Numbered from the stretch's first letter, positions 10,707 to 23,118 are shown. The stretch: 64,000 bases of DNA from Planktothrix sp. GU0601_MAG3 (GCA_035193785.1 CP136572.1:288001-352000), one strand, 5' to 3'. The notes: generated by a model not told the origin, from the sequence alone. Numbers and translations are program-made.

Positions 10707-12057
10707 TCATAAACCAGTTAAGATGTTCCCTATTTTATCAGATTCTACCCTATCAACAACTTCTATAATTTCAAGCATTGGTAAAGATGAAAAAGCCGGA
10801 GTCATAATTGTTAATCCCCTGGGAATACATTCCACTTCTATAGGTGTTGTCCCAATAATTTCCCCATCTACAACTACTTTTTGGGGGGGATTTGTAGAAA
10901 TTCTAATCCGTTGAGTTCTAAATCCAATCATATTATCCCGTTGAATTTCTACCTTCAGCAAACCCGCCCCCAATAAACCCATCATTCCCGCCACCGCCTG
11001 CATTTTATTCGCCGGAGAAGTATAGATTAAAACCTCTAATAATCCATCATCGGGAACAATTTGTCCCAAACCTTGAGCTAAAACCGAAGTAGCAGGGGCG
11101 ACATTAGCAATCGTAATCGCGGCGGCTTCAACTTGATTAATTTCACCATTAATTTCAATGGTGGTTTCAAAGTCTTTTTGTTCCTTTAATTGTTGCCATC
11201 CCGCCATAATATAAGCTAAGGGGCCCCAGCGTTTTTTCGCATCTCGATCCGCCTTATTAACTGTTTCCGCTTCAAACCCAATTCCCGCTAATAAAATCAT
11301 CGGTAAACTATTACAATAAGCCATATCAACGGTGCGAGTTAATCCGGCAATAATCACTTCACAAGCCCCTTGAACATTAGTCGGAATTCCCAAGCCCACC
11401 GAGAAAGCATTGGCGGTTCCCCGAGGAATAATTCCCAAGGGAATATTAGTATTAATTACGGCTCCAGCTACGGCGGAAACCGTACCATCTCCCCCCGATG
11501 CGATGACTAAATCCACATTTTCTTTGATCGCATCTTGTGCTAATTGGGTCGGATCATTTTCTCTAGTTGTTAAGCAAACTTTTAAGTGAAAATAGGGTTC
11601 TAATAATTGCCGAATTAATAATAAATCTTGATTGGCATTTCCTACCCCAGCAACGGGATTAAAAATTAAATGGGCCGAACGAGTTCGCCGCAGTTGTACA
11701 ACAATTGCTTCGGCGGTTTCCAATATTAGTGGCGATTGGAATATTATAGATATTGCAAACCCTTAATAAATTTAAAAGTGGGAATTCATAAAGGTGGGTT
11801 TGGGTGGATTCTACTAAATAAATAACAGCTATAATTTCTTCTCCGGTGGTGATTTTAGACGCGATGGCAATATCTCCCCCCTGTCGCAAAGGCAAAACCG
11901 TTTCAACCTTTAACCAGGTCTTTTGAGTTAAAGCGGTTGCGATACTGTCTAAACCCACTAGATGATAATGGGACAGAATATTCGCGTGTTGAGTCACAAA
12001 GTCCACCAGAGTTTCTCGCTGAGTCTCATCAGCTAAAAGAAAAATCTTCCCTGACAT
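10707..12057 (-). CDS. MGS-like domain fused to YegS/BmrU-family lipid kinase; apparent +1 frameshift at 11716-11720
   Basis: IFNPVAG, ASGGDGTV, GIIPRGTANAF; N-terminal GGDIAI and LRVCNIYNIPIATN resemble methylglyoxal synthase. Confidence 0.85.
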
Positions 12058-12096
12058 AATTCACCCATTATTATTGCAATTCTTAGTATAGCGAAT

Positions 12097-13231
12097 TTAA
12101 CTATTTTGAGGGTGATCTAATCCCAAATGTTTCCAAGCCGCAGGCGTCGCTATACGACCCCGATTTGTCCGTTGAATAAACCCAATTTGCATTAAATAGG
12201 GTTCATAAACTTCCTCAATAGTTTGGGTATCTTCCCCCGTAATTGCCGCCATGGTTTCTAATCCCACTGGCCCCCCTTGAAATTTTTCAATGATAGCTGT
12301 TAACATATTTCTATCTGTCCAATCTAATCCCATCGGATCAACATTAAATAATTCCAAGGCAATATTCGCCACTTCTGCATCAATTGCCCCCGTACTTTTA
12401 ACCTGTACATAATCCCGAACTCGACGTAATAAACGATTAGCAATTCTAGGTGTTCCCCTCGCCCGTTGGGAAATTTCTATCGCTCCTTCTGGGGTTATGG
12501 GAGTATTTAATAACTTGGCACTCCGTTGGACAATTAAACTTAATTCGTCCACTTCATAAAAGCGTAACCGTTGAATAATTCCAAAGCGATCGCGCAGGGG
12601 AGCCGTGAGGGAACCCACCCGGGTTGTAGCACCAACAATTGTAAAAGGTTTCAGGGGAATACTACGGGTTTTTGCCGATCTTCCCTGACCAATAGTAATA
12701 TCTAATCGACAATCTTCCATGGCTGGATATAAAATTTCCTCAGCCACTTTAGATAACCGATGAATTTCATCAATAAATAATACTTCACCTGGTTTTAAAC
12801 TAACTAATAATCCCGCAATATCCCGGGGTTTTTCTAGGGCGGGAGCCGTGGTGATTTTACAAGTTACCCCCATTTCCGAGGCTAAAATTAGGGACATGGT
12901 GGTTTTTCCCAATCCCGGCGGGCCATATAATAATAAATGATCTAAAGGTTCCTGACGGGATTTTGCCGCGGCGATCGCAATTGATAAAACCTCTTTTAAA
13001 TCTTTTTGTCCAATATAATCTTCTAAACGATGGGGTCGGATTTTCTCATCCTGTTGACTATTAATTTCTTCCTGGGGCGTCGCTTCGGCTGCTAACAAAT
13101 AATCTAATTCATCCGTTGGCTCACTATTTTTGGATTTTCTGGATTTTTTAGCCATGGGAGTCGCCAACCCAGAAAATTCATCGGAGGGTTCGGGTTTCAG
13201 GAGACTGCTTTTTTGAAGAAATAATCGCCAT
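12097..13231 (-). CDS. ruvB: Holliday junction branch migration helicase; apparent +1 frameshift at 13194-13198
   Basis: [30 protein letters not shown]; correction extends to the MAIISSKK start at 13231. Confidence 0.96.
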
Positions 13232-13474
13232 AATAGACTTATGCCATACCGGGGCTACAGGTTCCAACTTTAGCAGGTTTTGGGATGAATTGGGTCTAAT
13301 CTTGCCTTTAATATTTAAACCTTCATACTGGGCTCAAGAGGTTGGAGTTCAAAACCAGAGCCTTTTAAACTGTTATCTGAATCCAGATCAAGATAAGATG
13401 AGATTAATCTAATTCCTCTAGTTCTTAACTTTAAACTCCAAGATCCAATTATTTTTCTGGTCTCATCCAACCTA

Positions 13475-15088
13475 ATGACTCCTTCCTACGATATTGAAAT
13501 CTTAAAAAAACGGCTGCATCAGTCAAGTGATGAACAACTCAAACAAGACTATTTGCGGGGTGCATTGACCTTTGATTTTCTCGCAGAGGTATTGGGGGAG
13601 GTTGAGTCTGAAGAATTAATTCTGCAACTGGTGAGTTTGGGTTTAAAATTGAATATTATTCAAGGAATTTTATTAACAAAAAATGTTAAACCTGAATTTC
13701 AAATTAAAGCTTTTTCCCTGGTAATTCAGTTAAATATTCCCCTGGATTTAAAAATTCGTCTGTTGGGACAAACCCATTCACCCCTATTACTCTCTTGGTT
13801 GCTTAAAGGATTACATCATAATAATCAATTGGTAAATGCTTGGTCAGCTTGGGCGATCGCTCAAATCGGTCAAGCTGCTGAATCTTCCCTATTAAAAGCT
13901 TTAAAAGATCCCCAACAAAAAGTTCGTTTTTGGGCAACTTGGGGGTTAGGACAAATTGGCAGCGATCGGGCAATTAGAGGATTAATTATGGCTTTGCACC
14001 ATGAAGATAGCCAAGTTCGTTGGCGAGCCGCCAGCGCTTTAGGAAAAATTAAAAACCGTTTAGCCACAACAAAATTAAGAGAAGTTTTAGTCTCCGATCC
14101 CGATCATTATGTCCGAGGTCGGGCTGCTACTGCCTTGGGACATTTAGGGGGAGCAGCATCAATTATTGGGTTGAAAAATGCCCTTGATGATCGAGAATTT
14201 TATGTTTATACCAATGCTGTTTATGGCTTAGAAACCATTGGTGATTCCTTTGCCAATAAGGTACTTTTACAAGCTCTTAATCACGGTAATTCAGATGTAA
14301 GAACCCGGGTTGTTGAGGTCTTGGGCCGAATTGGTGGGGATTTTATTGTTAATAAGTTGCTGAATAAAATTTATGATCCAGATCCGTTTGTGCGGGCAAA
14401 AGTAGTTGAAACTATTCAATCAATGAATACTCCCCTAGCCATTGGAGGCCTAAAAACCGCCTTGAATGATACGGATATTTATGTTCGTTCCTGGGCAGAA
14501 ACGGCTTTAGAAAAATTATATTCCCCCCCATCAACCACCCCATTAAAAATATTATTTTATTCTGATATTACTTCCCCCCAGGCTAATTTACCTAGACTAT
14601 GGATTGCTTCTAGGACAGAGGCAAGTAACTATATTTTACAACAATTTCGAGGAGCAAATATTCACTATTTAATTTCTATCGGTAGTCCGGGTAGTGAACC
14701 GCCTAAAGGGTTTGATCAAGTTCCGAATCGATTGCGACTAGAATTTGATGATATTGATACCCCCTACCATGATCCTGAATATGTTTTACCCAATGTTCAA
14801 CATATTTTAAAAGCTCTTCATTTTATGAAATTTGTTCATGCCAATAAAGGAGATTTATTAATTCATTGTCAAGCAGGAATTAGCCGTTCAACTGCGATCG
14901 CCTTTACCCTATATGCCTATGGTTTAGGAATCGGAAAAGAAGCAGAAGCCTTCAGTTATATTGTAGCGGTGCAGCCCCAAGCTATACCAAATCAATGGAT
15001 TGTGGAACTAGCCGATATCGCTCTCAAACGAGGAGGCAGATTAATTCAAACCCTACGCAATTATCGCCGTTCTTTTCCCAATTCATAA
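13475..15088 (+). CDS. HEAT/PBS-lyase repeat protein with C-terminal tyrosine/dual-specificity phosphatase-like domain
   Basis: Repeated VRxxAAxALGxI units; C-terminal LIHCQAGISRS (CX5R). Confidence 0.8.
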   Translation: MTPSYDIEILKKRLHQSSDEQLKQDYLRGALTFDFLAEVLGEVESEELILQLVSLGLKLNIIQGILLTKNVKPEFQIKAFSLVIQLNIPLDLKIRLLGQTHSPLLLSWLLKGLHHNNQLVNAWSAWAIAQIGQAAESSLLKALKDPQQKVRFWATWGLGQIGSDRAIRGLIMALHHEDSQVRWRAASALGKIKNRLATTKLREVLVSDPDHYVRGRAATALGHLGGAASIIGLKNALDDREFYVYTNAVYGLETIGDSFANKVLLQALNHGNSDVRTRVVEVLGRIGGDFIVNKLLNKIYDPDPFVRAKVVETIQSMNTPLAIGGLKTALNDTDIYVRSWAETALEKLYSPPSTTPLKILFYSDITSPQANLPRLWIASRTEASNYILQQFRGANIHYLISIGSPGSEPPKGFDQVPNRLRLEFDDIDTPYHDPEYVLPNVQHILKALHFMKFVHANKGDLLIHCQAGISRSTAIAFTLYAYGLGIGKEAEAFSYIVAVQPQAIPNQWIVELADIALKRGGRLIQTLRNYRRSFPNS

Positions 15089-15192
15089 TTGATAATTGAT
15101 AATTGATAATTGATAATTGATAATTGATAATTGATAATTGATAATTCGTAATTCGTAATTCGTAATTCGTAATTCCCTATTCCCTATTCCCT
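15086..15192. repeat. STRR heptamer arrays (TAATTGA)n(TAATTCG)n(TTCCCTA)n
   Basis: Directly visible tandem repeats. Confidence 0.95.
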
Positions 15193-15264
15193 CCTACATA
15201 CAAAAAATCTGTGAAGACGGACGCTAGGAACATCTTCACAGACACCTGAAACCCAGGCTGAAAA

Positions 15265-15751
15265 TTAGGACATGGCCTGAATGATAAAGTCAAAGTAGGG
15301 GGCTGCTTCCTTCGCATCTTCGTCATCAAGTAACGCCAGAGACGCTTCCTTGAGACAACGAACCGCTTCCACCATCCCAGGCATCGGAACACCCAAAGAG
15401 TTATACATATCTTTGACACCGATTAAACCAATGTCTTCAATGGGATCTTTGTCACCCGAAAGAACTCCATAGGTAATCAACCGTAGATACCAACCATAGT
15501 CCCGAAGACATAGGGCCCGTTTCCCGTGATCCTGACGCATTACCGCCAGGGGCAATAAAATCAGGGCGTTTTTTCCACAGTTGGGTACTAGCACGGTCTA
15601 CAATCTTCTTTTCATTATCCGCAAGGGTCGAAGCAATTCGCACGCGCTGTTCACCCGTTTTTAAAAAGTCATTGATGTTTTTGAGTTCACCAACGCTAGG
15701 ATAACGGAGTTCATCATCAGCTTTGAGAATAACTTGGCTAACTACTGTCAT
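15265..15751 (-). CDS. apcD: Allophycocyanin-B alpha subunit; apparent +1 frameshift at 15519-15523
   Basis: [44 protein letters not shown]. Confidence 0.93.
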
Positions 15752-16241
15752 CTAAAACCTCGGAGCTATTAAAGTTTTTCAAGATACCATTAAGTAGTTT
15801 AGCGACTTGAGGGGAACAGGGGAAGTCATAACCCCGTAAACTTTCACCCATCGTCATCAAAGTGCGCTGAAAACACCTGTGCAAAGTCGTGGAGATGGGG
15901 CAGGGTCAAGAGTTATCTGTCTAAGTTCAGTGTGAACATCCTTAACAATTCTTAATTTTTAACCCTCAACGGTTAAACAGTCATCAGTCATCAGTTATCA
16001 GTTATCAGTTAAGAGGTAGTTGGCAGTTATTTACAGTAAAATAAATCTATACTTTATTTCTTTCACTGTTTACTGTGTAGGGGCGGTTTCCTGGTTTTTT
16101 TTTCAAATAAACTAAAATCTTGATCAACCTACTGATGACTGATAACGGGTACAAACGCGCCCATAGCGTGAAGGCAGTCTCTACACTGGTACAGACGTGC
16201 CATGGCGCGTCTCTACACTAATAACTAATAACTGATTACTA

Positions 16242-17634
16242 ATGTGGCAGCAAGGGCAACAAGTTGAAGTCGAAATCACAGATTTGACCGATGAAGGTAG
16301 TGGCGTCGGTCGTTACCAAGAACGGGTTATATTTGTTCCTGATACGGTTCCTGGGGATCGGGTGCGGGTGCGGTTAGTGCGGGTGAAAAGCAAATATGCA
16401 GAAGGCAAGTTAGACCGACTTTTAAGCCCATCAACCGATCGCATTTCCCCTCGATGTATTGTGGCGGATAAATGTGGGGGATGTCAGTGGCAACATATTG
16501 ATTACGCGCTACAACTGCAAAGTAAGCGAAATTTAGTGGTTAAAACCTTAGAAAAAATTGGAGGATTTATTGATCCTCCGGTGGATCAGGTGTTAGCAGG
16601 AGAGTCGGAATTAGGTTATCGAAATAAAGTCACCTATCCCCTAGGACGGTCGGCAACGGGTCAAGTTCAGGCGGGTTACTTCCAAAAACATAGCCATCGT
16701 TTGGTTAACTTAAATCAATGTCCGGTACAGGATCAACGCCTAAATCCTTTACTGGCTAATGTGAAACAGGATATTCAAAAACGGGGATGGTCGATTTATG
16801 ATGAAGCCCAACATCGGGGCAAACTGCGCCATCTATCCCTAAGAATTGGACGGCGTACCGGGGAAATGTTATTAACCTTAATTGCCACCCAAGCTAGTTT
16901 ACCCGGACTGACCGAACAAGCGGAAACTTGGTTAGAAGAATATCCTGGCTTACAAGGGGTTTGTTTAAATCTAAATCCCGATCAAACTAATGTGATTTTT
17001 GGTCAGGAAACACGCTGTTTAGCCGGTCATCCCTATTTAAAAGAAGAATTTGGGGGGTTAACGTTTTTTCTCGGCCCCGATACGTTTTTTCAAGTGAATA
17101 CGGAAGTGGCGGAAGCGTTATTAGAAATCATGCTACAGGAACTTAATTTACAAGGAAACTGAACGGATCGTTGATGCCTATTGCGGAATTGGAACTTTTA
17201 CTTTACCCCTAGCTTCCCATTTACTCCAAAAACAAGGGGGCTCGATGCAGTCCTCCGATCTTCCCCAAGTTATGGGTTTAGAAGTCCAAGAAACCGCCAT
17301 AGACCAGGCGCGAAAAAATGCGATTTTTAATCAGCTTGATCAGGTGGAGTTTAAATTAGGAACGGTGCAAAAGTTGTTACCCAAGTTAGGATATCAACCG
17401 GATGTTGTTTTGCTTGATCCTCCCCGAAAAGGTTGCGATCGCACGGTCTTAGAAACCTTACGGTCACTGCAACCGCAACACTTGATTTATATTAGTTGTA
17501 GACCCGCCACCCTAGCCCGAGATCTGAAGATTTTATGTGAAACGGGAGTCTATGAATTAGTGCGGGTACAGCCGGCGGATTTTTTCCCACAAACTTCCCA
17601 TGTTGAATCTATGGCATTCTTACGACGTTTATAA
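16242..17634 (+). CDS. rlmD: 23S rRNA m5U1939 methyltransferase; apparent +1 frameshift at 17155-17159
   Basis: TRAM domain, CGGCQWQH, FFQVN, LDPPRKG, DFFPQTSHVE. Confidence 0.93.
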
Positions 17635-17822
17635 GTAAGTCGGAAAATTTAATCGATGGATATTGAAGCAAGGGTTTTAGGGGAATGTTTCCCTTTGAGC
17701 AATTCCGGCGCTTCTTTTTTTTTGATAAAAATTAGTGAACAGGAGATCGGATTAATAATATAATCGATCACATTCCACTGCGGTAAAATGAAAATTTCCT
17801 ACCCCTGGCATTATTCTTAAGA

Positions 17823-18873
17823 ATGAAATTTAGTGAACTGGTTGAAAAACTCAACGCTGGAATTACTGCCCATAGTTTGATCCATGACCCCACCCTTAAT
17901 CCCGATATTCGAGGAGTGGCGGCGGTGGATACAGCAACTTCTGGAACCCTCAGTTATATTGAGGGGTTAAAATTTGCCTCCTTTGTGTCGGTTTCTGCCG
18001 CGAGTGCGTTGATTTTGCCCTTAGATGAATCGTTACAAAATCAAGCTACAGCCGGGGGGAAGGCGTGGATTTCCGTAGCAAATCCTAGGGCTTTTTTCGC
18101 CCAGGCGATCGCATTATTTTATCAACCTTATCAACCCCAACCCCAAATTCATCCTAGTGCGGTGATTGATCCGAGTGCCAAAATTGGGTCAGAAGTTTAT
18201 ATTGGCCCCCATGTGGTGATTCAAGCAGGAGTAACCATTGGAAATCGGGTGTGTTTACATCCAAATGTGGTGATTTATCCCGGGGTAAAAATTGGCGATC
18301 GCAGCATTTTACACGCCAATTGTACTATCCATGAACGGGCTGAAATTGGTTGTGATTGTGTGATTCATAGTGGGGCTGTGATTGGGGCGGAAGGCTTTGG
18401 TTTTGTGCCAACGGATGGGGGTTGGCTGAAAATGGAACAATCGGGAATTACGGTTTTAGAAGATGGGGTAGAGGTGGGATGTAATAGTACGATTGATCGT
18501 CCGGCGGTGGGAGAAACCCGCATCGGAAAAGCCACGAAATTAGACAATTTAGTTCATATTGGTCACGGTTGTACCGTCGGGCAAAATTGCGCCCTTGCGG
18601 GTCATGTGGGATTAGCTGGGGGTGTCACCGTTGGCAATGGGGTGTTACTCGCGGGTCAAGTTGGTATTGCCAATCAAGTCAAAATTGGGGATGGGGTGAT
18701 CGTTACGGCTCAATCTGGGGTTTCATAACAATATTTCGCCCGGAGAGGTGGTTTCCGGTTCTCCAGCGATCGCCAATAAACTCTATTTGAAAACCGCTGC
18801 TATTTATAGACGATTACCCGAACTCTACCGATCTTTAAAGGCATTAGAACAAATTATTAAGTCTAACCGTTGA
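17823..18873 (+). CDS. lpxD: UDP-3-O-acylglucosamine N-acyltransferase; apparent +1 frameshift at 18720-18724
   Basis: Hexapeptide repeats, GAEGFGF, KLDNLVHIGH; corrected AQSGVHNN..SGSPAI. Confidence 0.94.
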
Positions 18874-18878
18874 GCGTC

Positions 18879-19158
18879 AGGGGCAGGGGAGCAGGGGGAG
18901 CAGGGGAGGCAGGGGAGGCAGGGGAGGCAGGGGAGCGGGGGGAGCAGGGGGAGTAGGGGATTTAAACTCCTTCTATTAACCATCCGTAATTCGTAATTCG
19001 TAATTCGTAATTCGTAATTCGTAATTCGCAATTACCCATTACCCATTACCCATTACCCATTACTCATTACCCATTACCCATTACCCATTACCCATTACCC
19101 ATTACCCATTACCCATTACCCATTCATAATTCGTAATTCGTAATTCGTAATTCATAAT
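18879..19158. repeat. STRR arrays (GGGGAGCAG-like)n, (TAATTCG)n, (TTACCCA)n
   Basis: Directly visible tandem repeats. Confidence 0.95.
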
Positions 19159-19564
19159 TCCCCCGTGGTATTGATCTGCTTTGAGGGCGGATCTTTTTTA
19201 ATGGGATGGGGCGGTGGGGGTGGAGCATTTTTACTTGGGACAGAAGACCTTCTCAAAAAATGGCTTAGGTGTAACTCTGAGGCAATCAAAGAAGATGGCC
19301 ATAGAAATTTCAAGACAAAAACAATAGATGGGTTCAAGTACCACCGAATAAGTCAATCTTGCCCAGTTCAATGATAATGGGATTTTGAAGTCCGGCTTTT
19401 TTCCCCTAGGGGAAGATGGTGATTCGGTGTAGGGAAAGATTTGTAACTGAGAAAAAAAATATTTGTCAAATTGATGTATTTAAGTATATATTATTTCTTA
19501 TAACTCCAAAAAGTTTAATTGGATAAAAATTACCCCATAGAGAAGTAAGGAGATTAAGAAGAAC

Positions 19565-19963
19565 ATGAATAAACCTGCACCAACTCCCTTAACCGGAAAG
19601 GCTTTGCTTCAAAAAGTAAAAGAACTGTCTCATATGCCCCGGCGTGAAACAGCAAAGCTCTGCGGTTATTACAGCACGACAAAGGACAACCAAGTGCGTG
19701 TGAATCTCACAGATTTTTATGACGCAGTGCTGAAAGCACGGGGTATTCCCCTGAGTCCCGATGGTACAAAAGATGGTCGGGGTCGGGAAGCAACTTATCT
19801 GGTAAGCGTTCACAAAAACGGTCAAATTGTGATTGGCTCAACCTATACCAAAGAAATGGGACTTAAACCGGGGGATGAGTTTGATATCAAGCTCGGATAC
19901 AAGCATATTCACCTGATTCAAGTCGAAAATGGTAAAGATGCTGGTGGTGACGAAGAAGAGTAA
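19565..19963 (+). CDS. cyAbrB-type transcriptional regulator
   Basis: LTGKALLQKVK, AKLCGYY, GRGRE..V.VHKNGQIVIG, IKLGYKHIHL. Confidence 0.92.
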   Translation: MNKPAPTPLTGKALLQKVKELSHMPRRETAKLCGYYSTTKDNQVRVNLTDFYDAVLKARGIPLSPDGTKDGRGREATYLVSVHKNGQIVIGSTYTKEMGLKPGDEFDIKLGYKHIHLIQVENGKDAGGDEEE

Positions 19964-19986
19964 ATTTTTTCCCCTGAGCCATTAAA

Positions 19987-20886
19987 ATGACGTTTTCATG
20001 GCTGGTAAATGCACCAACCCCGATTAAAATTCTGGTTTTTTTTGGGGTGTGGATGGGTTTATGGATGCCAATTGCTGTTATGATTGCGATCGCTCTCAAT
20101 TGGCGTCCTCCTCAACCCCTAAATGAAACCCAAAAATTGGCGTTACTGGCGCCCCTTTATGGAATTGCCCCGATAGTTTTGGGGAAAATTAGCCAAGTTC
20201 AGGGTCAATCCTTCTGGGATTATGGTTTAAGTTGGCGATCGCAGTTTTTTCAATCCACTGCCATTGGTTTTGGTCTAGCTGTTATCAGCTTGAGCTTCTT
20301 GTTTGGATTTCAATTTGTTCTAGGTTGGAGTGATTGGCGACCCCAAGACTCAAAACAAACCGATGAACAGTCCCCAACCTTAAATTCCGATCTGCACCCT
20401 AGAAATAGGTGGATTGAGTTGGGGAAAAAAGCATCTATTTTGCTGCCGATTTTGCTTATCGCCCTCTGGATTAGCAGTACGGAGGAGTTAATATTTCGAG
20501 GATTTTTACAAAAACAATTACAGCAAGATTATTCTTGGTTTGTGGCGGCGACCATCGCCAGCTTGATTTTTGCCCTGACCCATCTGCTTTGGGAAGTCCG
20601 CAACACATTGCCCCAATTACCCGGACTGGGATTCATGGGGATGGTGTTGGCCTTCGCTTGTTTGTGCGATCAAGGTTCCCTCGGTTTAGCCATTGGCCTA
20701 CACGCTGGTTGGATTTGGGGAATTGCAAGTATTGATACCCTTGGGGGTGTTACGGCTTCTGGGAGGGTTCCAGAATGGGTAACGGGGTCAGGAGGGAAAC
20801 CCTTGGCGGGTTTGTTAGGAATTGTGATGTTGCTGTTTGTGGCTGGTCTATTGGGAATCGTTTCAAAAATAAATGGGTTAATATAG
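19987..20886 (+). CDS. CPBP (CAAX/Abi) intramembrane metalloprotease
   Basis: EELIFRG, FALTH, AIGLHAGW motifs; multiple TM segments. Confidence 0.88.
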   Translation: MTFSWLVNAPTPIKILVFFGVWMGLWMPIAVMIAIALNWRPPQPLNETQKLALLAPLYGIAPIVLGKISQVQGQSFWDYGLSWRSQFFQSTAIGFGLAVISLSFLFGFQFVLGWSDWRPQDSKQTDEQSPTLNSDLHPRNRWIELGKKASILLPILLIALWISSTEELIFRGFLQKQLQQDYSWFVAATIASLIFALTHLLWEVRNTLPQLPGLGFMGMVLAFACLCDQGSLGLAIGLHAGWIWGIASIDTLGGVTASGRVPEWVTGSGGKPLAGLLGIVMLLFVAGLLGIVSKINGLI

Positions 20887-20981
20887 CAGTATTGCGGGTA
20901 GTTAGAATATCAATAAGACCGTCAAACCCGATCAGATTTAGACTTCTCCTCAGAAATTCCTTCCCCATCGCCCCTTGCTAT

Positions 20982-21789
20982 ATGACAACTACAAAACCAT
21001 CCACCTCAGAATTTAACCCGGTTTATGGCCCCGTGTCTTCATGGAGATATGGGAAATCCTTGGGAATTGATCCCATAGGTGAAATTTCCACCTGTTCGTT
21101 TAACTGTATTTATTGTCAACTGGGAGAAATTGAACGGAAAACCCAGCAACGCCAAATTTATGTTACGACGGATCGGATATTACAAGCATTAACAGAATTT
21201 TCCCCTTGGGATGTGGATGTGATTACTTTAAGTGGGAGTGGAGAAACCAACTTTGGCGGCGAATTTAGGGGAAATTCTGATGGGAATTAAAACCCTAACT
21301 CAGCGCCCAACTTTAGTTTTAACTAATGGTACAACTTTATTTGATCCGCAAGTTCGAGAACAATTAGCTTTAGCCGATCGCGTATCTATAAAACTCGATG
21401 GAATTTCTACCGCCCAACTGCAACGAGTAAATCGACCCGTAAAGGAAATTAATCTCACCCAGTTACTCAATGATATTCAAGAATTTAGTCGAATTTTCCC
21501 CGGAGAATTGGGACTACAAACCATGCTTTTATCTCCCTGGTCAGAGTCGGAGCGCCAAGAATATCTCCGTTGGGTAAAAGCGATCGCACCGACAGAAATT
21601 CAACTGAATACTCCCACCCGTCCGAAACCGTTAAAACATGAATTAGCTGGACGGGGAAATCATTCCCCAATGGAAAAGCTACCTTATCAGACCATAAAAT
21701 TAAAATCCGTTAGTCCGTCTGTTTTACAAAGTTTTGCCCAAGAAATTCAAGATCAGACAGGTATTCCCGTCCGTTATCCATCTGTATAA
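20982..21789 (+). CDS. Radical SAM protein; apparent +1 frameshift at 21243-21247
   Basis: YGPVSSWRYGKSLGID, CSFNCIYC, corrected SGSGEPTL. Confidence 0.88.
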
Positions 21790-21845
21790 CAAAAAGTTAT
21801 TAGTTATCAGTTATCAGTTTAAGCGTTAATTGATTAACTCCTACT

Positions 21846-22006
21846 ACCCCTTACCCCTTACCCATTACCCATTACCCCTTACCCATTACCCATTACCCCT
21901 TACCCATTACCCATTACCCATTACCCCTTACCCATTACCCATTACCCATTACCCATTACCCATCCGTAATTCGTAATTCGTAATTCGTAATTCATAATTA
22001 CCCATT
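21846..22006. repeat. STRR arrays (TTACCC[A/C])n and (TAATTCG)n
   Basis: Directly visible tandem repeats. Confidence 0.95.
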
Positions 22007-22074
22007 CCCTATTTTAATATAAAACAACCAGTTAAATGTGATAGGATAAAATCAGTTATATCTGGAAAGTATTT

Positions 22075-22489
22075 ATGTCAAAAACAGCAACAGAAAAACC
22101 ATCGACTACTCCGATAACTGGTAAAGCCTTGTTACAGAAAGTTAAGGCTTTGGGGAACTTACCCCGACGGGAAACGGCAAGATTGTGCGGGTATTCTACC
22201 CAAACAAAAGATAACCAAACCCGCGCCAATATGACGGAGTTTTACGATGCTTTATTGGCGGCTAAGGGTATTGCTTTAGATCCCGGGGGAAGCAAAGATG
22301 GACGGGGCAGGGAAGCCAGTTATCGAGCTTGCGTTCATAAAAATGGTTCTCTGGTGATTGGTGCTAATTATACCGAATCAATGGGATTACAAGCTGGAGA
22401 TCAGTTTGAAATTCGCTTAGGTTTCAAAACACATTCATCTGATTCAAGTGGGCGAGAAATCTGAGGAAGATATCCTGGATGAAGAATAA
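22075..22489 (+). CDS. Second cyAbrB-type regulator; apparent +1 frameshift at about 22421-22430
   Basis: Paralog of 19565..19963; correction restores KHIHLIQV and an acidic tail ending at TAA 22487-22489. Confidence 0.9.
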
Positions 22490-22680
22490 TTTCTTGAATC
22501 TGATTTAATGGGTTAAGGTTGGCTAGTTTAATTTTAAGAACCCGCATCCACAAGCTACTGTATTTTCAAGTTTAGAAGCTAACCTTCCCGATAAAAATTT
22601 TAAAACGATAACTAATTTGAAGGACGAGAGGACAAAACTTGACGATCGCCAAAATATTGTGTATGATAGTAGACAAGTAA

Positions 22681-23068
22681 GGGGCATTACTGGTTTCGAC
22701 AGGGTAAGGAAAGCTACCAAGTGATGCAGGCCGAGAGTGAGTCAACTCTCGTAAATCAAGACTCAAACAAAAACGTAACTGCGAACAACATCGTTCCTTT
22801 TGCTCGTAAATCAGCCGCTGTTGCTGCCTAAACACCTCTAGTAGGTTCGAGCGTCTACTGTTTGACTCCGTTAAGGACAATAGACAAACCCCCAACGGAT
22901 GCTCTAACTTAGTTCCTTTGGTTGAAAAGTTAGCTAAGATTTAACCATTGCATCCCACCCTTCGGGATAATGAGGGGTTCCCGCTTTGAGGATTAGAAAG
23001 GCTAAGTCTGTGAATGAGCGAGGAGTAAATACTTGTTCTGGACATGGGTTCGATTCCCATATGCTCCA
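22681..23068 (+). ncRNA. ssrA: tmRNA; tag reading frame 22781-22831 ANNIVPFARKSAAVAA
   Basis: 5' GGGGCATTACTGGTTTCGAC, 3' T-arm GGGTTCGATTCCC, acceptor ATGCTCCA; CCA not encoded. Confidence 0.97.
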
Positions 23069-23080
23069 TTCCCCTATACT

Positions 23081-23118
23081 CTGAAAACCACTTAGGAAAA
23101 TTCCTAGGTGGTTTTCAG
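23081..23118. terminator. Hairpin terminator after ssrA, probably bidirectional
   Basis: CTGAAAACCACTTAGGAA-AA-TTCCTAGGTGGTTTTCAG. Confidence 0.8.

Noticed and set aside
18825..19374. Short ORFs 18825..19031, 19152..19337 and 19165..19374
   Set aside because: Translations of STRR arrays or overlapping low-complexity frames with no recognisable motif.
22523..22895. Minus-strand ORFs over ssrA
   Set aside because: Antisense shadows of the tmRNA gene.
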